This document shows positions 26,132 through 38,639 of a DNA stretch of 64,000 nucleotides, piece after piece. This DNA comes from Octopus bimaculoides (lineage: Eukaryota), in the NCBI RefSeq assembly GCF_001194135.2, contig NC_069006.1, positions 12,279,354 through 12,343,353 on the forward strand, read 5' to 3'. Both the position numbers and the translations under genes were made by a program. How positions within the stretch are numbered: position 1 is the stretch's first letter; each line of letters starts with the position of its first letter. The notes beneath the pieces are model-generated. The model worked only from the letters and a program-made list of their open reading frames with translations, was not told where the DNA came from and ran no database searches.

Positions 26132-27109
26132 GTTTTTTATTTTAGTAAAATTTTATCTCATGAAAAGTTATTTTAGACAAAGTCATTTTGCTTTGTTCGT
26201 CTTCTCTGATTTTTTTCATTTTGGGGCAGAGGTGGGGGTCTGCAAGGCTTCAAAGAAATGGGAGGGGGTCCACAGGATGAAAATTTTGAAAAAGTTTGGG
26301 AACCATGGGTGTAGATAGTGTAGTCTTAGATATATCTGAAAATATTGGTTTTGTGCTGATCTGGGACTAGACAACAGCTGTCTAGTGACTGATAAGATAG
26401 TGTGGGAGGGTCTAGTTGACAGTGGGCCGTCCTGGGGCTACACAACAACAGCCATCTAGTGACCTATAAAACAAGATAAGGTGGGAGAGTCTAGTTGGCT
26501 GATATGGGGATAAGCAACAATAATAGCCATCAAGTCAAGGTGATAGAGATAAGGCAGGGTTTGTGACCTGTCTGCTTCTGTTTTCCTTCTGTTAACATGT
26601 ACTGACCACAGTGATATACACATCACATACAGCATTTGTAAGACATCATTCTATCATTACATTTAATGTCTTACAGAGTTCATAATACCAGATGTTGCTG
26701 CTGCTCACAGAAATATTATGGTCAGCAGGATTTACATTCTTGTTCACCCAAATAAGCAACATTAAGGGTTAGGGTTAGACACTTCTGAGATTCTAAACAA
26801 AAAATCTTTGAAGAAACCTGGGAGACATCTAAATCAATTTATTTAACTAACCTCAATGTCTCAATGCTAATTTATTTAATTGATCCCAGAAAGATGAATG
26901 GCAAAGTTGATCATGACAAGATTTGGAAGCATAGCATTTTGCTCAAAAATCTAACAACTCTGCCAATCTACTTCCTCCCAACAATGATTAAGCATGACAA
27001 AATATAGAAAATATAAACATGGTTAGCATTATTTAGACAGTGAAGCAGTTCCCCATGATAGCAGATGATTAAGGATTGTAATAGTTGGGAAGAAGTGAAA
27101 AATACTTAC

Positions 27110-27313
27110 CTATCACATGTTTCATAATAATTTGGTTCTGTTTACGAAGCACTCCAAATGTACCCCACGTGGAGTAACCAGATGGGATTGGGTGGTTCTT
27201 AATCCATCCACCACAAGCATACTGGAAAAAATCCTTACATGGATCCACAGTTTTATCCATGGAGTTTAACACAGTGCTGGCTACAGTTACACAGGCTGGT
27301 GTCAGGCAGTACT
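27110..27313 (-). CDS. ECE1: ECE/neprilysin exon: (K)[67 protein letters not shown]
   Basis: Hallmark M13 motifs CLTxxC and [14 protein letters not shown]; acceptor ttttaatag|AG, donor ATAG|gtaagt; 204 nt, phase 1-1, joins the previous exon in frame. Confidence 0.96.
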
Positions 27314-30300
27314 CTATTAAAATAGACATTTAAGACAATTAAGGAATATTTCATCTTTTGACTTTTCTCTCTCTCTCTCTCTGCAACTGTTGAAATAGGG
27401 ACCAATAGTGTGTGTGCGGCTAAGTTCATATTTCCTCTCATCTTGACATGCTTGTGTGTTAATTGTCAACAAAAACATCATTCATACAGGTGGTGTCATT
27501 TGTTTGCAGTCCACTGTGTAAACATGACTGGAGCTCTTGACATGTTGCAAGCTGATTATAATCAAAAGCTTCATTGTTCATACAAATAGTGTCATTTATT
27601 GTTCACTGCAAAAGCATATATCAGTTGTTTGTTGTTCAATAGGCCAGAAACAGGTGAAGGTTGGCAACAAAAAGGGTATCTAACTGTAGAAAATTCTACC
27701 TTGATGTGGACTGGACTGGAAAAAATAGGTGTTGATACGATGGCAGTAGCAGAAGTTTTGACTCAATCAATGAATGGAAGTTGTTTCCACTATATTAACC
27801 TGTGATTGACCCAATCAAATGTATTTTAATTGGCATAACCTTTTTGTTACCATTGGATAATTTAATGTGTGTGCTGGCAGCACAAAAAAAGCACCAAGTC
27901 TACACTGTAAAGTGGTTGGTGTTTGGAAAGGTATCAAGCAGTAGAAACCATTGCAAAGATACACTTGAATACAATGTAGCCCTAAGGTCTATCAGATCTT
28001 GTCAAACCATCTAACCTATGCCATCATGGAACATGGACGTTAAATGATGATGTGAAAATTGTTACCAGAATGTATGGATTTGGTTAAGCTTAGATGATTG
28101 AAGAATATCAACGTGAATTCGAACACCTCAAGCAATTAATTTTAAGTCACAGTCAACATAAATTTCACTCTACTCTCAGTATTGCGTAACCATGTCAGTA
28201 AATGTTCCACTGTTATTCCTTAAGCTACTTGATAACTTTATTTAATAATTATGCTGATACATATCAAGAAAATCAAATCGATTGGATTGGTTGGAATAAT
28301 AAAAGTATGTGTACATAAAAAAGGTTCAGAAAGAAGAAAATTATTTTAATTATATAATTTATGTTTTTCATTACATAATCCATGCATGTGTAAAACAGTA
28401 ACAGTATGTTACTGTAGGCGATATTAAAATTCCGTAATTTATTACCCTGTGAATTCATTACCTCTGGTTAACAACAGCTGTTGCCCACAATTAAGGTATG
28501 ATCTGGTATCAGCATGCACTTTGCCTTTCACTAATGTCATTCTTTTTTCTTTTCTTTGTTTTAGGTGCCCATGTAGTCACAATCACAAATAAATACTCTC
28601 TCAATACAGTGGAACATCTAAGACATGCCAGTTGGAAGGCAAGAGAAAGGATGAAATTATAGTTGCACTCCATGCAGAGAGCCAGAGCAAAATCTAAACA
28701 AAGCATTTTGTCTAATGATACTGCTAAACCACCACTATACAAGACTCCACTTAATTGCTTAATTATTTCACACATATACGCATTTCATATATCATCATTT
28801 TATGTCTGCTTTCCATGCTGGCATGGATAGGATATTTTGATCAGTGAGCTGTAGGGCTGTGTTGATCTCCAGTGTCATCTTTGGCATGGTTTCTACGTTT
28901 GGTTGCCCTTCCAAACACTGGCCAATTTACAGGGTATACTGGGTACTTTTTTTGTGCCACTGGCACTTGTGAGGTTGCCATGTAATTTGCAAGACAGAAA
29001 AGAACGGAAGGAATGGGAGGAAAAATCTCCCACTACTAAGAAGTATTTTGGACAGGTGTATGCAGGTGAATGGTTGTGTGTCAGGTGTCAAAAGGTTAAA
29101 GTATGAAGTATGATAGCATGGGTGCCTTCTATATACAGCTTCATTTTGAGTAAAGGTGGATCCTATGCCTCATATGAAGTCAGTTGTAGCTGTAAAAAAT
29201 ATGCATTGATAATTCATATATGTAACATGGTATAATTATAAACTGCAAGTTTTAGCCATTTCTCTGCAGACTGAAAAAATGATGAACAACCCTAATTGAT
29301 TTTTTGAACCTTATTGTGTTTTGATCAGGTGTCTACACCATACTGACAGTCTCCTGAGAAACAAGCAGCCAAACTGTTTATATACTCAACAAATGCAGCA
29401 GTTACTCTATGAAGGAATCCCTAATTTGCATACAGAAAGTGTTTAACACGCTATAAATACCAGTGGTCTGTCAATGGGTATCTTAGTCCACACAGTATCA
29501 AGGTATGGTATAATATATATGTAACATTTGCAGATAAACCTGTACAACTCTATGTGTATGTGAAGGTAAACCTGTAAATCCATTTTGTGCAAGTAAAGCT
29601 ATATAACTCTATCTGAAGAAATTTTATCTCCATGATTGTTTCAGATTAATTAAGCATTTCTCTCTGAGTATCATCCACACACACCTTCCCTCTCTGTCTC
29701 CAGGCAGATTGACTTAACTAGTCTTAAGTTGTCATTAACAAGAGAGTTGGAATGAGAAAATAAATAATTATACTGTAATTTACAAATTGACGAACTAGAA
29801 AACTAGGAGGGGTCGAGGAAGTGAGGATAAAGGAGGTAGTGAGTGTGAGAGGGGGGGGATATCGAAGAAGGCATAAGACAGGGAATAAAAGAGGAGAGAG
29901 AGGGTGTATAGAGAATGTAAAATGAGAAAATGATATAAGAGGTGCAGGTTGTAAGAAAAAGTAGAGTAAGGGTGAAATATACAGTGTATGAGAAGAGAAA
30001 ATTATAGAAAGTAAAATGAGAGAGGAAGAAAAGAAGATAAGTTATAATTAAGAGAGCAGGAGAGAGGCTTGGTATTCATCATCATCACCAAGATGTCCAT
30101 TGAGGTAAGATTTACACAACTGTGTTTCACTTTGTTATTACATTAACCAGTCTCTCTTTGGTACTCTTGGACCAGTAGCATATATCAACTGTAATGTCAA
30201 TGCTTCCATAGGTTGCTATGACAACCATTCTACTTTCTTCTCTTTTAACCACACTCTCTCTCTCTCTCTGCCTTTATCTATCTGATATATATATATATAT

Positions 30301-32769
30301 ATANNNNNNNNNNNNNNNNNNNNNNNNNNNNNNNNNNNNNNNNNNNNNNNNNNNNNNNNNNNNNNNNNNNNNNNNNNNNNNNNNNNNNNNNNNNNNNNNN
30401 NNNNNNNNNNNNNNNNNNNNNNNNNNNNNNNNNNNNNNNNNNNNNNNNNNNNNNNNNNNNNNNNNNNNNNNNNNNNNNNNNNNNNNNNNNNNNNNNNNNN
30501 NNNNNNNNNNNNNNNNNNNNNNNNNNNNNNNNNNNNNNNNNNNNNNNNNNNNNNNNNNNNNNNNNNNNNNNNNNNNNNNNNNNNNNNNNNNNNNNNNNNN
30601 NNNNNNNNNNNNNNNNNNNNNNNNNNNNNNNNNNNNNNNNNNNNNNNNNNNNNNNNNNNNNNNNNNNNNNNNNNNNNNNNNNNNNNNNNNNNNNNNNNNN
30701 NNNNNNNNNNNNNNNNNNNNNNNNNNNNNNNNNNNNNNNNNNNNNNNNNNNNNNNNNNNNNNNNNNNNNNNNNNNNNNNNNNNNNNNNNNNNNNNNNNNN
30801 NNNNNNNNNNNNNNNNNNNNNNNNNNNNNNNNNNNNNNNNNNNNNNNTATATATATATATATATATATATGATTAGCATTCAGATTACTCTGTCAAATGT
30901 AATGCTTATTTATTCACAATGTTTTGAATTGATAATGCCCCATCTTGTAGCTCTGAGATTCCAATGATGTGATTGTATGTTTTTGAAATGACATTGTAGA
31001 GTAGGTGTGAGAAGCTGGATCTGACTAATTTGGGCATAAAAAGGTATAATATTAGGGCCAGGCATAGTCAGTTTAAATGCTAAAGGGTTATAGTGCTTCT
31101 CAGTATAACTACTTGGTCTACTCAAAGTAGTAGTCCCTCCTCAACAAGTTCACTATTGTCCTTAAAATAGGGACCACAAAAGTGAATGAAATAGCTTCTA
31201 TAGTCACTTGACTGTAATGTGATTAACTCTGGTTGCATCACCTGGGGGAGGTTGTCTGATGTTGAAAGACCAGAAACACCTAATGACTCCAGAAAACATC
31301 ACTGATGATGTGTCCAAGTGCATCACAGGATTATGTATAGGAAAACTAACAGTCAAATCTTCCCTCCACAAACTCTCTACTGTCTTTAAAGATGTCAGTT
31401 GAATAATGTACATCTAATGGATGCAATTGTCATTGTGTCAACATTCATTTTTGCATGCTCGCATGGGTCAGATGGAGTTTACTGAGGTAGATTTTCTTTG
31501 GTTGGATGCTTTTCCTGGTTCCAACACTCATCTGTTTCCAAGAAAGGTAACATTTCTCTTTGGCTAGACATGATTTTGCAGAACACACACACATATATAT
31601 GGCTGTGTGGTCAAGAAGCTTGCTTCCCAAACATGGTTTATGGGACTGAATCCAAGAGACCATGTGACATCTTAGGCAAGTGTCTTCTACTATAACCCCA
31701 GATCACCTAAAGCATTGAGAGTGGATTTGGTAGACAGAAACTGAAAGAAGTCATTGTGTGTATGTGTTTGCATGTACTCTTGTCTAGACATCATGTGGTA
31801 GTTGTAAATAAGCATCATCATCATACAAGTGAGGGTGTTTGTTTCCAGTCTTCTATGATAAACATGTCTGGCTATGGGAAAAAATTACCTTACTTGGAAA
31901 CAGGTGAGCTATTGGTGACAGGATGGGCATCTGGCTGTAGAAAATCTACCTCAACAAATTCTGCCTGACATAGAAAAGTGAATGTTAAATGATGATGACA
32001 TATGATGAGCTTCTTTCACATTCCATCTATCAACTCTTTCATAAGGGTTTAGTCAACCTGAGGCTATAGTAGAAGACACTTGCCAAACTACCACATAGTA
32101 GGACTGAATCCAAAACCATGGGCTTGCAAATTTTTAACCATACCACCATGTCTGTGCCAATAAACAATATAGAATGACACATAGTTGTAAAATAGATGGG
32201 TATTGTATACGTTATAAAATGGCTATATAATGAATATATAGATGTATAATAGCTGTATGATACATGTGATATACAATGGATGTATAATGATGAATAGATT
32301 TTTCTATCAGGCTTTCTTTTGTTGCACCTTTTAGTCAAAGAGAAAAGGCCTGTGTATTTGACTCTATATTTTTTTTAAATATCTTTGAAGATGATGGAAG
32401 TAAGTTATCCCTGAACCAAGGACTTGGCCTGAATATTAGTATTGAATGGATTCCATTTAAAATGAGCCAAAAACCAGGTGATGGAATAAGTCTGCTACAC
32501 AACAATTTAGGACCTGAGAAACCAGAATAAATTAGCATACAACATCTTATCTGACAATTTAACAATTCCATCAATAATGTTTAAGTGGAATTAGTAAAAG
32601 CTATTGGGTGGGTGGGTATGGGGTAAGGAATGAACTCTGGTTTAGTACAATTTCATGAATGTGAATGGTGGTGGTAGTAGCTGCTGGTAGTGGCAGTAGT
32701 TGTGGTGATGGTAGTAGTAGTAGTAGTAGTAGTAGTAACTGTGGTGATGGTGTTGTTGCAACAACTTAC

Positions 32770-33016
32770 TTTGTTCTCCTTCGATTTGGTTAATCTTGGA
32801 CTGTTTCACTGTTAGCATGATGGCCAATATGATGACCACAACACTGAGTATGATGGACAGGGTGATCAGAACTCGCTCCAACACCGTCTTACGTTGCCAT
32901 GTGGTGAGACCTCCCTTGAAGAGGACAACACTTGGGTTGAAATCTATAGTCGGTGTTCCACCATTGGACACATCATCATCTTCAAAGTTTGTCCGTTTAT
33001 AACGTTGACCCGACAT
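32770..33016 (-). CDS. ECE1: ECE/neprilysin (M13 peptidase) first resolved coding exon: cytoplasmic tail + type II TM anchor (MSGQRYKRTNFEDDD...VLITLSIILSVVVIILAIMLTV...GEQ)
   Basis: Acceptor ttgttattttccag|ATG at 33017/33016; donor CAAA|gtaagt at 32770/32769; 247 nt, ends in phase 1. The YKR+acidic N-terminus resembles human ECE1 (MSTYKRATLDEED) and Drosophila Nep3 (MTRYKQTEFTEDD); hydrophobic TM helix. The symbol means ECE1-like; orthology was not tested. Confidence 0.93.
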
Positions 33017-33226
33017 CTGGAAAATAACAATGATAATGATAATGATTATAGCAATAATAACTCTTTTTTTTTTCTATCACATAACTTGATTTTGTAAATT
33101 AACAAACTGGTGTGTTTATTTTAATGGTCTACCAATGTATGCAGTGAATTTCTTTGCCCTAGGCATTTGGAAGACACTCAGCAAGAAATGGAAACAAAAT
33201 TGAAAGAAGAAGAAAAACAATAATAA

Positions 33227-34640
33227 TTCTAATTTTGGCACAAGGCAAGCTATTTTAGAAAGAGGGGACAAGTCAATTACATCAACCCCAGTACTTGACT
33301 GCTATTTTATTTCATCATCCCTAAAAGGATGAAAGGCAAAGTTGACTTCGGCAGGATTTGAACTCAGAACATACTGAGCCAGAAAGAATGCTGCTTAGTA
33401 TTTTTTCCAGTGTTAACAATTCTGCCAGATCACTGCTTTAATAATAATAATAATCCTTAGGCACAAGGTCTGAAATTTAGGGGAGGGGAATAGTCGATTA
33501 CATCAACTCCAGTGTTTCTCTGGTACTTAATTTGTCGACCCTGAAAGGATGAAAAGCAAAGTCGACCTTGGCGGAATCTGAACTAAACGCAATGATGGGT
33601 GAATACCACTAAGCATTTCATCCACCGTGCTAATGATTCTGTCAGCTCACTGCCTTCAATAATAATAATAATAATAATAATAATAGCAATAATGATAATA
33701 AATTCTGAATCAGTCACAAGGCCAGCAATTTAAGGAGAGAAGGAGTAGGTGATACCATTTTTATCAACCTCCAACAGATGAAAGGCAAGATTGACTTTAG
33801 TGTCATTTGAAATCTGAACATAAAGAACCAGAAGAAATACAAGGCAGTTTTTTTGACAGTTATGATTTTACCAGCCCAACACCTTTTTATAATAATAATT
33901 GTTTCAAATTTTGGTACAAGGCCAGCAATTTTAGGGGTAGGTGGTCAGGCAAATACGTCAACCCCAGTGCTTTACTGCTAATTTTATCAACTTTGAAAAG
34001 ATGAAAGACAATGTTGACCTCAGTGGAATTTGAACTCAAGACATGACAATAAATACTGCTAAGCATTTTGTCTGGTGCAGTAACAATTCTACCAGCTTGA
34101 CATCTTAATAGTAATTTCAAATGTTGGCACAAGGCCAGCTTTTTCAGGAGATGGGTAAAGTGAATTACATCCAGCTGGGTGCTTAACTGATATTTATTTT
34201 ATCAATTCCAAAACAATGGAAGGTAAAGCTAACCTCAACAGAATTTGAACTCAGAACATAAAGGCAGATGAAATGCTGCTAAGCATTTTATCCAGCATGC
34301 TAATGATTCTACCAGCTCACTTAATGATAGTAACGATGATAATAATAAGGGTTTCAAACTTTGGCACAAATTCAGCAATTTTAGGGAAGGGCTTAAGTTG
34401 ACACTGTCAACCCCAGTACTTTATATTTTGTCCAAAGCTCTAACCATTCTGCCAAGGCACAAGACAAGAAATTTGGGAAATGAAGTTAGTCAAATCAAAC
34501 CCAGTACTTGACTGGTACTTCATTTTAATCGACACCCTGCCCTAAAGGATGAAAAGCAAAGTTAAAATTGGAAGGATTTGAGCTAATAATATAAAAAGTC
34601 TCAACAAAAACTGTAATTGTCCACTGCTCTGATAACTTTA
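33227..34640 (-). mobile_element. Head-to-tail array of about 7 copies of a third tRNA-derived SINE with (ATT)n tails; single copies also near 4885-5105 (-), 13805-13950 (+), 58765-58975 (-)
   Basis: Recurring ttggcacaaggccagcaatt...ccccagt...ggatgaaaggcaaagt.gacct...gaatttgaactcagaac...ctaagcattt...ctgccagct blocks separated by aataat runs. Confidence 0.85.
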
Positions 34641-35574
34641 CCAAGAAATCTAATGTATAGAAAGAGCTGAAAACAAAGTTTAGAAAATGGGAGGGAGTGG
34701 GGAATTGAACCTGCCATTAGAAGGTTGATGAGATCTGAAGTGAAATACTTAGGTTGATAAACAAATATCAAATCACAATTAAATCTTTTAATCTGTTGAG
34801 ACCTTATTTAACCTTCAACCTGGATGAACATATGGTTGTGTAGTTATGTATTTCTGTTTATCTCTATGTCATTCTGGGTTCAATCTCACTGTGTGGCAAC
34901 TGGGGTAAATTGTCTTTTATTTATAGCTTTAGTGTTGACTAATAGATTGAGTGGATTTAGTTGATGGAATTTGTGTGGAAACTTTCATCTGCAATATATG
35001 TACACACACACACGGCTGCATGTGTGAATAGTGTTAACTATCGAAAAAAAAGAGTTCCATAGTAGAGATTACTAATGTATTTTATTTTGTTGAGTCAGTC
35101 TCTTGATACTCTGAGTTTCACCTCTAGTTACACAGATCAGAGTAACAAGAGACTGACTTTGAACTGCATATGTAGTCATTTTAACATACACATCTTTTTC
35201 ATACTAGCTTAGGTCAGATGAAAATGAAATTTATTGAAGGAGATCTTCTAGGGTTGGTGTCAGGACAAGGAGACATGTATACACACATATGATGGGTCCC
35301 TTTCAGGTTTTGTCTACCAAATTCATTCACAAGGTTTCGCTTGTCCCAAGACTATAGTAGAAAACACTTGCCCAGGGTGCCATGCAGTGGGAGTGAACCT
35401 GAAATCACATGGTTGGGAAGTAAACTTTTCAACCATACAGCCGAACCTAAAATCTGAAATCCTTGAAGTCAACAATGAAAAACACTCATGCAATGTTGTT
35501 GTTCCTACAGTAATGTAGTATGTAGAGACAGTTAATGTATTGTCTCTTGTTGTTAGATGAGAAATACACATGAT

Positions 35575-37725
35575 TCCATTTCCATAGCTATTATTACATG
35601 TATCATTCAACTACTGTAGTAGTTGAATAATATTCTTAAGGCCACAATTTACTCACATGCAGCATCTTTCAGACTCCAATGAAGGGTTTGAGGGGANNNN
35701 NNNNNNATGTATGGCCATTCAGAGAAGGCACAATTTTAAGTAATTATATTTTATATTACTTTTAATTTTAAATTTATTAGCAATGAAGTTATTCATATGC
35801 TTTAATAAATTATGTCATTGTTAATTGAATTAAATTCATTACATAACACAAGTGTTTATTTTTCATATCAATTAGCAACAATCATTATTTTCATCAACTC
35901 AAAATCTACACGACTTAAGGTGAGACTGGTCACTGAAAATTTTGGGGTCTTGCAATTTGTTATCATTTGGTGAGCCATGTTGCAAATTCAAGATGATGAT
36001 TATATTGTAATTGTTCCTTGTTACAAAATCAATATTTTTTTGCTTATAAAAATGCATATAATTTATTAATAATTGCAAGAAAATAAATTTGCTTAAAAAA
36101 TGACTTTATTTTATTTATATTTTCTTTAAAATTCCAAATTCACTTGATAGAATATAGACATTTCTGGCTGTGTCTCTATGGGCAGTACTGAAGTCATGTA
36201 GTGAGGCTGTTCAGAAAAAGCATTGGTCAAAAGTGCTTTATTTTTTAACTTTAATATTTAATTAATAAAGTTATTTTTAATATGCTATTGCACTTAAGTA
36301 AGTTTAACTTTTATTATTAATTTTCTCTTTCAGCCTTACTTGCTTTCTGCATTTTTTGCTAATTTCTTTTTAGTTAATTATTTAATCAGGCTAGTTCATT
36401 AATGTGTCATATGCTTCAGATATACACATCTAATTTTATTGAGAAAAGAATATAGTCATTTTTGCTTTGTCTCTATGGGCAGACCTGAAGGCATGTAGTA
36501 AGGCTGTCCAGAAAAGGCATTGTTATGAAGTGATTATATTCTAAACTTATTGTTTAATATCAGAATCAATTTAAAGGGATTTTCATATATCAATTTTTGT
36601 ATTATGGGAATGTAGGTAATTTTCACTTGTGTGTATCTGATATACTTTCATAATTACTGTTGTATTGAATCATTATTGATAGATTTACAGGGTGTCCACA
36701 AGGTCTGGGTACATGGAGTAAATAAAATCATAACATGAACAATTAAATATAAGAAATAATAATTTTTTAAAGTATGTGTTAATCCCAATATACCCAGACT
36801 TTGTGGACACCCTGTAGATCAGCAGCAATCATTGCTATTATCACCTACTCAAAATCTAGGTTACTTAAGGTGAGCCTGGTAACTGATGGTTTTGAGGTCT
36901 TGCTGTTTGCAACCGATTAATGAGCCATGGTGCAACCTTCAAGATGGTAAAATTCTCTGCCATTAATTTGGTGTGGATGGGTAATATCAGTAGCTGTTGC
37001 TCTTTCAAAGTTTATCAAATTCAATTTTCAATAAGGTAAAATCTTAAATTGTTAATTGACGCATTATTAATTAGCATAATAGCATAGCCTGGAAACAACA
37101 TGGATTACATGGAAAAATGTGAGCAAGAGAAATAATATTCTTAAGATTATAAACCTAGAAAAGTACAGGACAAATAATTACACTTCGAAAAGTTCAGAAC
37201 AAGTTATTACATCTGGTAAAGTACAGAACAAGAAAATGTTTACTTAAAATATTGCAGCTAAGGATAAAATTGGAATATCAAAAATCATTTGATTTTAATT
37301 TACAAAGTAACATTATAATTAAAAAAGGTACCATCATTTTGGTAAAATATTGACACACTAGAATACTTAAAAAATGAAAGCCAGAAGTACCAATATAGCT
37401 AAAGTTTTATGCAAAGTAGAATAGTATATATGGTAGACAAATTCATTATGTAAAAAATAGGCATTGTGTCAAGACTAAAAATGTGGAGGCATGGCAATAA
37501 TATTTTGTGTTATTTTTAATAGAAGTAACAGGTAATAACAAATGGAAGTAATAACTTGTAATAAAATTTTTAGTTTTAATAAAAGCTAATAGTTTCTAAA
37601 TCTAAATATTTTATTTGAAATTTTATCCTAAGCTGTAATATTTTAAGTAAAAATTTTCTTGTTCTGTAATTTACCAGGTTTATAATCTGAAGAATATTAT
37701 TTCTCTCACTCACATTTTTCCATGT
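35575..37725 (+). repeat. AT-rich repeat, copy B
   Basis: Direct-orientation paralogue of 15810-18360; carries the 127-bp MITE and an inverted-repeat element at 37100-37725. Confidence 0.9.
36688..36814. mobile_element. 127-bp Tc1/mariner-type MITE with TA target duplication; second copy ends at 17979 (its left end is in the gap)
   Basis: TA|cagggtgtccacaaggtctgggta ... tacccagactttgtggacaccctg|TA. Confidence 0.9.
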
Positions 37726-38639
37726 AATTACTATTCTATTTATGAAAATGAGAACTTTTTTTCACCAATTCAGTTCTTGTAAAATGAACTGTAAAAATAA
37801 AGAAAATATCAGCTAAGATTTCTATGTCAGTATCACTATGTTAATGTTTATTGCAATATGTTATAGAATTTCTTATGTAATAAATGTGAAACTCATTGAA
37901 ATTAGATTATTGTGAATGATGCAGTCTCTTTGGATGTCATTATTATTATTGATAATAATTCTCAAATAACGTACGCTCTGCTCTGTCAGTAATTCTAGTC
38001 ATAAGTATAGAGTTGATCATTATCTTATGAGTGAAATTTGGTAAATGGAAACTGTATAGAAGCCTATCATAAACATACTAACATATATGTGAAGCTGTGT
38101 GTTATCTGTTTGTCAAACCACAGAAATAGATAAGATCATCATCCATTTACATCTGTTTCCATTAGTTGGGTCATTTCTTATTGGGAGCCACTGTTCTCCC
38201 ATAGACCAGTGCTTATATATGTCATTTGGCTAGGTTTCTATGACTGTAAAGTGGCTGGTGATAGGAAGGCATTCAGAGTGTACTGGATGCATTTTCTCAT
38301 GGCATCACTACTAAAGAGGATAAATAGTCCTTGTGAAGAGAAGACTAAAGCTATCTCACAACCTTAAGCATTCTCTTTGCATATGCCATTCACTTTACTG
38401 GAGTATACTGGGTGCATTTTTGTAGTACCAATATTAGGGAAGTAGCTTTGCTCACCATTTACCTATAAAGGGGGAATGGAGGGATTCATTGTAGCACCAG
38501 CACAGAAGGTGAGGTACTAGAAGGGGGAATAGGAGATATCAACCTGGAGAGAAGAGAGAATGAGGACAGTAATAGATATTTGGACATAATTGTTGTTTAG
38601 ATTAAAAATTACATAATGAGAAATGATGAATATTTTACT

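Larger units (their letters stand above)
22622..26308 (+). mobile_element. hAT DNA transposon, Buster/Charlie type, decayed, about 3.7 kb including nested insertions
   Basis: Imperfect 15-bp TIRs ccttggttcccaacc (22622) and gtttgggaaccatgg (26294-26308); subterminal ggggtctgc/ggggtcc repeats at both ends; right flank gtgTAgat fits the NNNTANNN Buster target; internal transposase pseudogene. Confidence 0.85.

Noticed and set aside
26640-26760. NIWYYELC, as a possible YYRAC-equivalent exon
   Set aside because: No usable acceptor; the in-phase exon at 22063 explains that segment better.
284-26780. ttagggttagg motifs at about 284, 9868 and 26766
   Set aside because: Only one or two units each, so not an interstitial telomeric array.
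28462-28560. Open frame ending at a phase-1 donor (AGAG|gtaatg) between the first two coding exons
   Set aside because: No polypyrimidine acceptor on the minus strand and no homology.
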